The position numbers and the translations under genes were made by a program. A stretch of DNA of 63,911 bases, filler included, from a bacterium (GTDB lineage: Bacteria; JALSQH01), in the NCBI GenBank assembly GCA_026985515.1. It is 6 parts of 6 records of this genome, joined end to end, with 100 filler letters (N's around TTAATTAATTAA, not from the genome) between each part and the next. Parts side by side here need not be neighbours in the genome. Positions count along the whole stretch, not along the records: positions 1 to 18,017 come from JALSQH010000037.1; positions 18,118 to 36,098 come from JALSQH010000038.1; 4 more parts are not named here. One strand, written 5' to 3'. A model generated the notes under the pieces. That model searched no databases, was not told the origin of the DNA, and was given only the letters and a program-made list of their open reading frames with translations. Positions 9,555-18,129 of this stretch are shown here, piece by piece; within the stretch, counting starts at the first letter, position 1, and each line of letters opens with the position of its first letter.

Positions 9555-10160
9555 ATGGAATTCAAAATTACAATTAAGGAAATCAGAAAGCTAATGGAAA
9601 TAGATACTCCCGATTTTCCAAAATATGCAACTCAGATAATAAATCTTGCCAACCAGAATGCGCAAGCGACAAGACCCAGGGTTGTCGGGCAGATGAGTGA
9701 ACTGATAAGAGAATTTACTGGTAAGACCCTAAAAGAATGGGAAGATTGGTATCTGAAAAGGTATCCAGATTCAATAGACATAGCCACTAAGAAGATACTG
9801 GATATGATAAATAATTTCAAAGATGTTATTAACCAGATAGACGAAGAAATGATAAAACAATGGGTCAGAGACCTGGTAATAGTAAAAACTTTTATCGGTT
9901 TGCGGTTTCAGGAAGCTATTTTAAAGAAAATTGCTGAAAAATTTAATACAGAATACAGACTTGCAACATCTGAAGAAGAAAGTAAAGGAATTGATGGGTA
10001 TATTGGGAATATTCCTATCAGCCTGAAACCTATTTCATATCAATCCAAAAAAATGTTAACTGAATTGATAGATGTTGACATTGTTTATTATGCCAAACAG
10101 AAAGATGGGCTAAAAATTATGATCCCGGATGAATTAGAAAATAAGTTAAAACAATTGTGA
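9555..10160 (+). CDS. MjaI-family type II restriction endonuclease
   Basis: TRPRVVGQMSELI, EWEDWY, KTFIG, EESKGIDGYIG..PISLKP (PD-D/ExK-like); directly downstream of the MTase. Confidence 0.82.
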   Translation: MEFKITIKEIRKLMEIDTPDFPKYATQIINLANQNAQATRPRVVGQMSELIREFTGKTLKEWEDWYLKRYPDSIDIATKKILDMINNFKDVINQIDEEMIKQWVRDLVIVKTFIGLRFQEAILKKIAEKFNTEYRLATSEEESKGIDGYIGNIPISLKPISYQSKKMLTELIDVDIVYYAKQKDGLKIMIPDELENKLKQL

Positions 10161-10229
10161 TTAAAAATAAAAAGAATACAAAAAATATTTACTCTGGAAA
10201 TAAATTCAAGAAGCTTCTAAAAAATCTTC

Positions 10230-12635
10230 TTACCCACCATACACCACCAGATCCCACCATCTCTCAACGGCGGGGATAAATTCAAATCTGTTGCCTCTGT
10301 CGTCGCTGATTTCAATGGACGAATCTGCTTTGCTCTTCACCCTTATCTTCACCCCCTGGGGCAGGGTATAGAAACAGGGTGGTGAGTTCCCCTCACAGGA
10401 TTTAAGATACTGTGAGTTCAGTTTCAGAGTGGAAAGATCCAGCGCATTTACAACTGAATTTACGAACTCATTTCCCTCATAATCCTTCCATTTAACGGTA
10501 TGCTCTCCGGGGAAAACCCATACTTCCCGCCAGTTATTCCTTCCTTCCAGCGTCACCACATTCTCAGACTCCTGAAAGGCGGAAATTGTATCAATGTCCC
10601 CCGCTATCAGTTCAAGAATTGCACCATCCCTCACAAAAACAGGTATCCTCTCAAGGGGGGCATTTGCCTCTATCCATTCACCCCTTGAATTGACTGACCA
10701 TTTTTCCCAGAAATCATACCACTTCCCCCGGGGCAGATAGAGAATCCTGTGTCGTGCCCCCCTTTCAATGACCGGTGCAACAAGTAAAAATGGGCCGAGC
10801 ATATACTGATAAGGCATATCATAGAGGGAGGCATCCTCGGGAAACTCCATGAGCATGTGTCTTATGAGGGGGATACCCTTCTTTCCCTCTGTTACAGCTT
10901 CACTGTAAAGATAGGGGAATAGTCTCTGATGCCAGATTGCATAGAATCTGTACCAGTTGAGGGTATACTGATCCCGGTAAAAATTCCAGTTTTTAAATGC
11001 AAAATATCCGTGATGTGTTCTCATAACAGGGGAGAAAGCACCAAATTCTGTCCATCTGATGAAAAGTTCCCTGTCTGATGGTGGGTTACCGAGGGACATA
11101 TACCCGGCAATGTCGGACCCGTACATCAGCATTCCACTCCAGCTCAGATTAACCGCCACTGCAATGGCAGTTGGTAAACCATCATCAACTGCAAAATCTG
11201 TGCTCTGGTCTCCCGGCCAGTAAACAGGGGTTAAAGCCTGATCCCCAATATAGCCTGATCTGGTAAAATAGACAAAGTTTCTTTCATCACTGTACTTTTC
11301 CATCACTTCAAGGTTCAGCCTGTGCCAGAGGAGGGGGTAGAGGTTGTGAAATTTTTTCCCCTCTCCTTCCGCCACCCTGCTGTCATATGGGAGCCACTCA
11401 CCATAATCAGCCATCCAGCCATCAACACCCATTTCAATTGCCTTTTTCATCTTATTCTCCGCCCACTCCCATGCCGCAGGATTGGTGAGATCAAGGATGG
11501 AACCCCAATCCAGGGTCGGAATCAACATCATGTAGGGTGAGCCATCTTCATGCTTTATGAGATAATCATGCGGGATCTCATTCCAGATACGGGACTTTGA
11601 ATCAACAAATGAGTTAAAATAGACCAGGAAGTGAAATCCCATTCTGTGGAGTTCAGCTACCATTGTCTCAAAATGGGGATAGAGATCCCTGCCCAGATCC
11701 CAGTTGTAGGTAAATGAGTAACTACCATCCTTTCCCCTTTTCACCCCACCACCCCAATCCTCCGTCCAGATAACTGCTGAAGGTATGTGATTTTCCCTTA
11801 TGATTCTCGCCACCTCAAGAACCCTGTCCTCCCCACCAACTGCATCATTCCAGGGAGAAAAGTACCACTTCTGGGGCAGGAGAGGCTTGCCTGTGAGATC
11901 TGTGTAGATCTCCACGCTCCTTTTGGGGGAATCAGCAATCAAAACATATATTTTCAGCTTAGAAGTATCACCCTCCATGCTCCATTGATCCTCCCTGTTG
12001 TGGCAGAGATCAAACTCGGTCAGGTATGGAGTATCCACCAGGAAGCCAAAACCTGCAGGATTGTAGAAATATGGAAGCGGATAGTAAGAAGAATGCCTGT
12101 TGCCAACAACCATCCAGAGTGGATTTACATCTGATTCAAGCAACTTCCTCAATCCTTCTTCAGATGTCCAGACGGGTATATACTCTCCTTTCTGGTCACT
12201 CTTTATAGTCTGGGCTCCAAAACCCAGAAAATGGTCATTACTCCTGCAACTGAAGATCAACTTCAGGGCGTTTCCATTTCCAGAAGCCTCAATTTTCACA
12301 ATATTTTTTCCTGAGAGGGAGAAATTCATCTTTACACCGTTGTTCCACTCAACAACTCTCCCGGAAACTCTTTTTATTTTTTCACCTACCCTTTCCCATA
12401 TATATTTTTTCTCAAACTTCGTACTTCCACCAAAAAAATATGTTTTCAATTCTCTCAAAGAAGAGACTGTACCTTTAATTTCAAAGATCTCCTTTCCTGC
12501 GGAGTAAAGCACAACTGAATTATCAGTGACATAGAGGTATGTTCCTCCACCAAGGGATACTGTTTTGTTCATTCCTGATGGAACACAGGCAAAAAGAAAA
12601 AGGAAAAGAAAGATAATAACGGCTCTCCCTTTCAT
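10230..12635 (-). CDS. Glycoside hydrolase family 31 lipoprotein (YihQ-like clade)
   Basis: Lipobox LFAC; GWMADYGEWLP nucleophile motif, WPGDQ, GSDIAGY, RWTEFGAFSPVMRTHHG, QYMLG..LLVAPV. Confidence 0.9.
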   Translation of the reverse strand: MKGRAVIIFLFLFLFACVPSGMNKTVSLGGGTYLYVTDNSVVLYSAGKEIFEIKGTVSSLRELKTYFFGGSTKFEKKYIWERVGEKIKRVSGRVVEWNNGVKMNFSLSGKNIVKIEASGNGNALKLIFSCRSNDHFLGFGAQTIKSDQKGEYIPVWTSEEGLRKLLESDVNPLWMVVGNRHSSYYPLPYFYNPAGFGFLVDTPYLTEFDLCHNREDQWSMEGDTSKLKIYVLIADSPKRSVEIYTDLTGKPLLPQKWYFSPWNDAVGGEDRVLEVARIIRENHIPSAVIWTEDWGGGVKRGKDGSYSFTYNWDLGRDLYPHFETMVAELHRMGFHFLVYFNSFVDSKSRIWNEIPHDYLIKHEDGSPYMMLIPTLDWGSILDLTNPAAWEWAENKMKKAIEMGVDGWMADYGEWLPYDSRVAEGEGKKFHNLYPLLWHRLNLEVMEKYSDERNFVYFTRSGYIGDQALTPVYWPGDQSTDFAVDDGLPTAIAVAVNLSWSGMLMYGSDIAGYMSLGNPPSDRELFIRWTEFGAFSPVMRTHHGYFAFKNWNFYRDQYTLNWYRFYAIWHQRLFPYLYSEAVTEGKKGIPLIRHMLMEFPEDASLYDMPYQYMLGPFLLVAPVIERGARHRILYLPRGKWYDFWEKWSVNSRGEWIEANAPLERIPVFVRDGAILELIAGDIDTISAFQESENVVTLEGRNNWREVWVFPGEHTVKWKDYEGNEFVNSVVNALDLSTLKLNSQYLKSCEGNSPPCFYTLPQGVKIRVKSKADSSIEISDDRGNRFEFIPAVERWWDLVVYGG

Positions 12636-13432
12636 TCTCCACCACCCGGCTGAATTTTCTCCTGGAGCCAGTCCCCGATGAAGTTAAATGCCATCACAGT
12701 TAACATTATCATAATTCCCGGAAAAATGGAAATATGGGGTGCCTCTCTCAGAAAATCTATGCCATCGCTCAGTATTCTTCCCCAGCTGGGAATATCCTGC
12801 GGCCCGAGTCCCAGAAATGAAAGGGAAGACTCGGCAAGTATCGTCCCTGCCATTCCAAAGGTTGCCTGCACTATCACCGGTGGAAGAGTTTCAGGAATGA
12901 TGTGAATATAGAGGATTCTCCACAGGGGCAAACCTTCAGCAATTGCCGCCTGAACAAATTCTCTCTCTCTGATAGATAGGACCTGTCCCCTCACAAGTCT
13001 GGCATATCCCACCCATCCCATTGCAGAGAGGGCAATAATGATATTTTTCATCCCGGGACCAAGGAAAGCTGCGAGGGCTATGGCCAGGAGAATTCCCGGA
13101 AAGGCAAGAAGAATATCTATTAATCTCATAATGAGTTCATCAACGATTCCACCCACATAGCCGGAAATACCACCAATCAGGATCCCTGCAATAAAAGATA
13201 TGGCAACGGCAGTTGTGGAAATGGTGAGGGAGACCCTGGCACCATAGGCAACCATTGTGAAAATATCCCTGCCAAGTTTGTCCTGTCCCATGGGATGGGC
13301 AAGGGAGGGACCCCTTAATCCCTGATCAAGGTGTATTTCATAGGGGGAATATGGTGAGAGTAGTGGACCAAAAACTGCAAACAGAATCATGAGAAGCACA
13401 ATCACCACACCGGTTATAAACAGTTTCCTCAT
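12632..13432 (-). CDS. dppC: Peptide/nickel ABC transporter permease (DppC/OppC family)
   Basis: HPMGQDKLGRD, GARVSL, EFVQAAIAEG EAA loop, ESSLSFLGLG. Confidence 0.9.
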   Translation of the reverse strand: MRKLFITGVVIVLLMILFAVFGPLLSPYSPYEIHLDQGLRGPSLAHPMGQDKLGRDIFTMVAYGARVSLTISTTAVAISFIAGILIGGISGYVGGIVDELIMRLIDILLAFPGILLAIALAAFLGPGMKNIIIALSAMGWVGYARLVRGQVLSIREREFVQAAIAEGLPLWRILYIHIIPETLPPVIVQATFGMAGTILAESSLSFLGLGPQDIPSWGRILSDGIDFLREAPHISIFPGIMIMLTVMAFNFIGDWLQEKIQPGGGE

Positions 13433-14349
13433 TTTTCCAGTCTTACTCTCGGATCAATGATTGTGTAGGTTATATCCACAAGGGTATTTACAATCACATA
13501 TGTGAGTGCAATGACAAGGACCGTCCCCTGCACCAGGGGATAATCTCTGGTATTTATGGCATCAATGAGCAACCTCCCTATGCCTGGCCAGCTGAATATT
13601 GTTTCAGTTATAATTGCTCCTGAGAGAAGGGCACCAAATTGAAGTCCCATAATTGTAACAACAGGGATCATGGCGTTTCTCAGGGCATGTTTCACAATAA
13701 CCCGAAACTCAGGGAGACCCTTGGCTCTTGCTGTTGTAATGTAAGCTTCCTTAAGCACTCCTGTAAGGGAGCTTCTCGTTATTCTGGTGAGAATGGCAGC
13801 CAAAGCAGTTCCCAGAGTTATGGATGGAAGGACATAACTCGCAAATCCACTCTTCCCTGATACGGGAAACCATCCCAATTTAAGAGAAAAGAAGAGAATG
13901 AGAACCGGGCCCAGGAAAAAATTGGGGATGGAGACACCCAGAAGGGAAATAACCGCTGTCAAATTATCCCAGAAGGAGAATTGCTTTACCGCAGCATAAA
14001 TCCCGGGAGGAATTGCTATTAAAATTGCCACAATCATTGAAACTAAGGCGAGGGTGAAGGTGGCGGGAAATCTCTCCTCAATGATTTTCATTACCTTTTC
14101 TTTGTAGAAGATGGATCTACCAAGATCAAGATGAACTACCCTGTTGAGGTAATCAACATATTGACGATAAAGGGGCTTATCAAGACCAAGCTGATGACGA
14201 AGAGCAACTCTGTCAGCCTGGACAGCATTTTCCCCCAGCATAATTTCAACCGGGTCCCCCGGTGTGAGGTGAATCAGAAAAAAAACGAGGGTTACAACTC
14301 CCCAGATTGTGGGGATGAGAAGAAGAACCCTTCTTACAAGAAATCTCAT
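13429..14349 (-). CDS. dppB: Peptide/nickel ABC transporter permease (DppB/OppB family)
   Basis: PGDP, LGLDKP, YITTARAKGL, HALRNA, ETIFSWPGIG, RDYP, DPRV. Confidence 0.92.
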   Translation of the reverse strand: MRFLVRRVLLLIPTIWGVVTLVFFLIHLTPGDPVEIMLGENAVQADRVALRHQLGLDKPLYRQYVDYLNRVVHLDLGRSIFYKEKVMKIIEERFPATFTLALVSMIVAILIAIPPGIYAAVKQFSFWDNLTAVISLLGVSIPNFFLGPVLILFFSLKLGWFPVSGKSGFASYVLPSITLGTALAAILTRITRSSLTGVLKEAYITTARAKGLPEFRVIVKHALRNAMIPVVTIMGLQFGALLSGAIITETIFSWPGIGRLLIDAINTRDYPLVQGTVLVIALTYVIVNTLVDITYTIIDPRVRLEK

Positions 14350-14789
14350 TCTACCCCTATTATCTCGATTCCTTCCCTTTCAAATAAAGCAGAGGTTACG
14401 CCTCTCCCGTCTTCAAGATTTCCATCTATGTAGACCCTGTTTACCCCACAGGATGGACTCTTCTCTTTCATATAGGCTCTCTTAATACCTGCAAGTCTGG
14501 CCAGTTTTAACACCTCCTCCGCCCCTCTAATAAAGTTCTCAGTCACATCTTCCCCAGTTTCAATCACCACAACCCTTGCCCTCCCTTCCAGGACAGATTT
14601 TCCCTCTCCTCCGGTGAAATAAGCGGGTTTCCTCGGTGTGGGCAGTCCACCTAACTGTTCAGGACAGACTACTATCCCGCCCTCCCTCTGGAAAATTTTC
14701 ACAATCTCTTCCCTCATTGAGTTTTTTCCGTCGTAGCGACAGTTAATACCAAGGAGACAGGCAGAAAAGAGGTTCATTCTACCATTCAA
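14346..14789 (-). CDS. DUF523 / 2-thiouracil desulfurase (TudS/YbbK-like) Fe-S protein
   Basis: SACLLGINCRYDG, CPEQLGGLPTPR, KEKSPSCG. Confidence 0.9.
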   Translation of the reverse strand: MNGRMNLFSACLLGINCRYDGKNSMREEIVKIFQREGGIVVCPEQLGGLPTPRKPAYFTGGEGKSVLEGRARVVVIETGEDVTENFIRGAEEVLKLARLAGIKRAYMKEKSPSCGVNRVYIDGNLEDGRGVTSALFEREGIEIIGVE

Positions 14790-15345
14790 TCGTGAATTTC
14801 AAGTAGTTGCCTTTTTCATCTTTGCCTATTTCATATTCAACATTTCTCACGGGGGTATTCACAAGGTAAAAAACCTCATTAATCCAGCCCACTGATCTCT
14901 CTGCAAGTATTTTTGTAAAATCATTCTCACCAATGGGAGTCCCTCTCAAAATGTAGACAATGGTATTGTCACCGGGCTGATATATTTCAGGTTTTATTCC
15001 TCCAAAGAGCATATCTGCAAGAAGGGGAACAAGTCCTTTTACTGCATCAACAGGGGTTGTTAACTTTTTCTTAAAGACTGACGAGTACAGTTCCATGGAT
15101 GCTTCAGCAGTTGACTTTCCAATATCCTGCCATAGCTTTCCGTCAGTATCAAAAAGATCTCTTAAAACTTTGTGCAATTGAATGTAGATCTCCGCATCGT
15201 AGTAACCACCGGGGAGAATGATTTTTTTTAGCTGGGCAGAAATCTTTTCAGGGAGATTCTCAAGCACCTTTTCCCACCCATCATTACCAAAGCGGTTTTT
15301 AATGTAGTCCACAGTTCCGGTTAGAAGAACACCTTTTATCTTCAT
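14779..15345 (-). CDS. Hypothetical protein, DUF2378/Myxococcales-type (H-NOX/V4R-like fold)
   Basis: KIKG.L......YI..RFG.DGW.KVL..LP...IL...YY pattern recalled from that family. Confidence 0.55.
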   Translation of the reverse strand: MKIKGVLLTGTVDYIKNRFGNDGWEKVLENLPEKISAQLKKIILPGGYYDAEIYIQLHKVLRDLFDTDGKLWQDIGKSTAEASMELYSSVFKKKLTTPVDAVKGLVPLLADMLFGGIKPEIYQPGDNTIVYILRGTPIGENDFTKILAERSVGWINEVFYLVNTPVRNVEYEIGKDEKGNYLKFTIEW

Positions 15346-15444
15346 TTATCCTGCTCCTTTCCAGGTTATATTTCAATTTACCACGGGGGGAAAGAAAAGG
15401 CAAGAGGAGAGATCATTAAGGGTACATTCAACCAAAGGCTGAGA

Positions 15445-15548
15445 TAGATATGCTGATCCTTGTTACTCCAGACTGCCTGAGTTTATCCCTGTTTTCCTCT
15501 GAGTTTTTGAAGGATTGCTTCGTGGGTCATGGTGGGGGAGCCCCTCCA
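15445..15548 (-). pseudogene. Degenerate duplicate of the 5' end of the MNT antitoxin gene at 16535-16831
   Basis: ATGACCCACGAAGCAATCCTTCAAAAACTCAGAGGAAAACAGGGATAAACTCAGGCAG closely matches ATGACCCGCGAAGAAATCCTTCAAAAACTCAGGGAAAGCAGAGATAAACTCAGGCAG, with a frameshift. Confidence 0.7.
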
Positions 15549-15555
15549 TGTAGGT

Positions 15556-15945
15556 TTAAAATTTATAAATTAACTTATCCGTTTCCTCAAGAAATTTCTC
15601 CGCCTTTTTTAGCCAGTTTTCCACTTCCTCCTTGTCAAATTCAACAAGTTCTCCATAATCACCATATTTTCTATGCTCAAACATGCGGTTAAAAAATTTG
15701 CCCAATTCCTTATCTATCCTGCCAGTTTTCACAAACTCTCTGTTAAATGCAGACATGACACCACTGTGCTTGGAAAAAGAGAGACCATTAATAAGCAACA
15801 GAGCTGAAACCTGATAAAACATCGCATAATAAATTCTGTTCACAGCAGAAAAAAACCGATTATTCTGGACTAATAGTTTTGCATCTTCAAGAGATTCTCT
15901 TGCTCTTTTACGCCAGTATTCGATAACTTCCTCTTTTTCTTTCAT
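15556..15945 (-). CDS. HEPN domain protein (UPF0332 type)
   Basis: SAVNRIYYAMF, KHSGV..F...FVK.G, R...DY; ATG at 15945 overlaps the stop of the MNT gene. Confidence 0.88.
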   Translation of the reverse strand: MKEKEEVIEYWRKRARESLEDAKLLVQNNRFFSAVNRIYYAMFYQVSALLLINGLSFSKHSGVMSAFNREFVKTGRIDKELGKFFNRMFEHRKYGDYGELVEFDKEEVENWLKKAEKFLEETDKLIYKF

Positions 15946-16256
15946 ACCACAATTCCCTCTTTTTCCACTCTTATTGCAAAAGGGAGAACCTTCCTGTACC
16001 TGTCCCACTCAAACTTTGAAAACACACTAACATCAAGAACAATATCGTATTTAAGTTCAATTTCATAAGCAATATCATAAATTTTTTCTCTTACCAGTGT
16101 ATTAACCTCCCTGTCCAGAATCACCAGCACATCAATATCTGATTCTTCTTCAGCATCTCCTCTTACCTGTGATCCAAATAAAATAAAAACAGCATTCCCA
16201 AATTCCTCAAGAACCTTCTTCTTAAATTCGCTTACAACAGGAGTAAGATTTACCAT
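15942..16256 (-). CDS. Minimal nucleotidyltransferase (MNT) antitoxin-like protein
   Basis: LFGSQVRGDA.EESDIDVLVI (GS-x10-DxD). Confidence 0.9.
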   Translation of the reverse strand: MVNLTPVVSEFKKKVLEEFGNAVFILFGSQVRGDAEEESDIDVLVILDREVNTLVREKIYDIAYEIELKYDIVLDVSVFSKFEWDRYRKVLPFAIRVEKEGIVV

Positions 16257-16367
16257 AGTGCCATTCCCTCCCTCTAACTATATAAGTTTATCCCTGTTTT
16301 CTCATGTTTTTTCAGGATTATCAGCGGTATAAAGTTTATTATTCCTCATAATCAATCCCTCATTCTC

Positions 16368-16548
16368 CTATGCTTCTAACAAAATCTTTTCTATCTGTTT
16401 TCTTATCTCTGGAATTTTATTTATAACCACATCCCACACGATGCCATAATCTACACAAAATATTCATGAATAAGTTTATTCCTCATTCCTGCGATCTTTC
16501 TCCATTCAATTCAAGTATATGTTTCAAAAACACTTTACATTGCTTCAA
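16368..16548 (-). pseudogene. HepT/DUF86 HEPN toxin remnant (internal deletion and frameshift)
   Basis: AGGAGG + TTG start KQCKVFLKHILE, jumping to EWRKIAGMRNKLIHEYF (Rx4H) and then VDYGIVWDVVINKIPEIRKQIEKILLEA* in shifted frames. Confidence 0.8.
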
Positions 16549-16831
16549 AGAGAACCTCCTTCTCTATGTAAGGCTTAACAAATGGACTTACACTCTGCGG
16601 AGTAATGAGATCAACTTTCCTGTCAAAAAGCTCCTCAAGAAAAAAAGCTAACTCAATGAAATTGTCAAAATTCTTTTTTCCCTCCTCAAACTCCACAATC
16701 ACATCAATATCGCCATCTTCCCTCAACTCATCCCTGACAGCAGAACCAAATATACCGATCCTCTTCACTCCAAACTGCCTGAGTTTATCTCTGCTTTCCC
16801 TGAGTTTTTGAAGGATTTCTTCGCGGGTCAT
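16535..16831 (-). CDS. MntA-like minimal nucleotidyltransferase antitoxin
   Basis: GVKRIGIFGSAVRDE..EDGDIDVIVEF, LEELFDRKVDL. Confidence 0.9.
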   Translation of the reverse strand: MTREEILQKLRESRDKLRQFGVKRIGIFGSAVRDELREDGDIDVIVEFEEGKKNFDNFIELAFFLEELFDRKVDLITPQSVSPFVKPYIEKEVLFEAM

Positions 16832-16988
16832 AGCGGGTTTGAGCCTCCTTCATCAAAAAGGGTTTACTATCCTTTTATTTTTAGATTAGCACAGAAGGGC
16901 GGAGGGTTCAATTATGATGGGTAATAACAGATAACAGCAGTACAAGGCTTACCATTGTGTAAAGGCCCATAGCCACTCGGAGATCCTC

Positions 16989-17618
16989 TCACTTCATTAT
17001 TTCTTTTAAACCTACTTCCACGAGAAAATCTGCATTATTCTTCAACTCTTCTTTAACTCCATGACCAAGAGTAGCAAGCATAACCTGGATCCCGTTTCTC
17101 CTTGCAAACTTCATTGCAGGGACGAAATCAGAATCACCTGTTATGAGTACGATTCTTTGTGCTATTTTTTCAAGGCTAATCCAGGCAATATCAAGCCCTA
17201 TCTTTATATCTACCCCTTTCTGTATAATCTCAGGTACAAAATCATCATCTCCCAATTCTTCCCCTTTAATAACTTTTTTATCGCCCCTCTTTTTAACTTC
17301 CATCCCTTATAAATCAAAAAACCTTCCCTTACTGACACCAAATCTGTGCGTTTAAGATCAGTCAGTAAAGCCATTTTGTTTTTATAAACATCGGTTTCCT
17401 CTAAGTTGATTATTTCACCAGAAAAAATCTTTTTTATTCTTTCCCTTGAAGGAGGACTATCATAATAATAAATTCTGAAAACTTCAAAAATTAGGATTAA
17501 ATTGGATATGAAATTTCTCTATGAAATCTTTTACTTCGTTTGCCGATGGTGGATGTTCATAAAAAGATCTAAATTTCTTAAAAAAGAACCCGCCATCTAC
17601 TAAATATACACAAAACAT
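16989..17618 (-). pseudogene. NYN/LabA-DUF88 (PIN-like) ribonuclease, split by two frameshifts
   Basis: Three frames give MFCVYLVDGGFFFKK, then FRIYYYDSPP...VREG...GWKLK, then QKGVDIKIGLDIA...ITGDSDFVPAMKFARRNG; shifts near 17485 and 17265. Confidence 0.8.
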
Positions 17619-17626
17619 CGTCTCAT

Positions 17627-17682
17627 AAAAAAAGACGGGGTTGGGACACCCACCGGTGTTTAGATAAACCCAACCCTCGTCT
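17627..17682 (-). other. Strong GC-rich branched hairpin with U-tract in the leader of the NYN gene (candidate attenuator/ncRNA)
   Basis: AGACGAGGGTTGGG...CCCAACCCCGTCT followed by TTTTTT; inner ACACC/GGTGT and GTTTA/TAAAC mini-stems. Confidence 0.65.
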
Positions 17683-17706
17683 CTGCTTTTTCGCTATCCA
17701 TTTTTT

Positions 17707-17734
17707 ATTATAATATAGAAATTTGTTTTGTCAA
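17707..17734 (-). promoter_or_regulatory. sigma70 promoter TTGACA-16-TATAAT facing the NYN leader
   Basis: Perfect hexamers on the minus strand. Confidence 0.7.
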
Positions 17735-17739
17735 CCCTA

Positions 17740-18017
17740 CGCTTTAGCTCAAAAATAATCTTACCGAAAAAGGTGGTGTTTACTCAGAAAAATTCCCATA
17801 ATAAAATTCGTGGCCGCACCAAGAAAGGCACGGCCACACCTAAACTTAACAAGGAGAGTCATATGAATATTATCTTACCAACAAAAGGATATAATCACAA
17901 CCAGAAGAGGACCATTGTTGCAATTAACTATAAACTTTACAAAAGTGCTCCCAAGAAGAAGAAAAAAGAGATTCTTGATGATTTAGAAGAAGCTACAAAA
18001 TATCACAGGAAGTATTT
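17740..18017 (+). mobile_element. IS left end, copy 1, with start of transposase (ATG 17863), truncated by contig end
   Basis: Near-identical to 58911-59112 and reverse complement of 54369-54480; N-terminal Y..A.KK.K..ILD.....T.YHRKY resembles rve/DDE integrase-type transposases; internal TTTACT-17-TAAAAT promoter and AGGAG RBS. Confidence 0.8.
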
Positions 18018-18117
18018 NNNNNNNNNNNNNNNNNNNNNNNNNNNNNNNNNNNNNNNNNNNNTTAATTAATTAANNNNNNNNNNNNNNNNNNNNNNNNNNN
18101 NNNNNNNNNNNNNNNNN
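18018..18117. other. Artificial contig linker
   Basis: N44-TTAATTAATTAA-N44 (stops in all frames). Confidence 0.98.
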
Positions 18118-18129
18118 ATTCAGTGTAAA

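Noticed and set aside
16908-16991. Open frame continuing after the NYN TGA (EDLRVAMGLYTMVSLVLLLSVITHHN*) as readthrough or selenocysteine
   Set aside because: The NYN domain is already complete, and there is no SECIS-like hairpin or Cys-equivalent position
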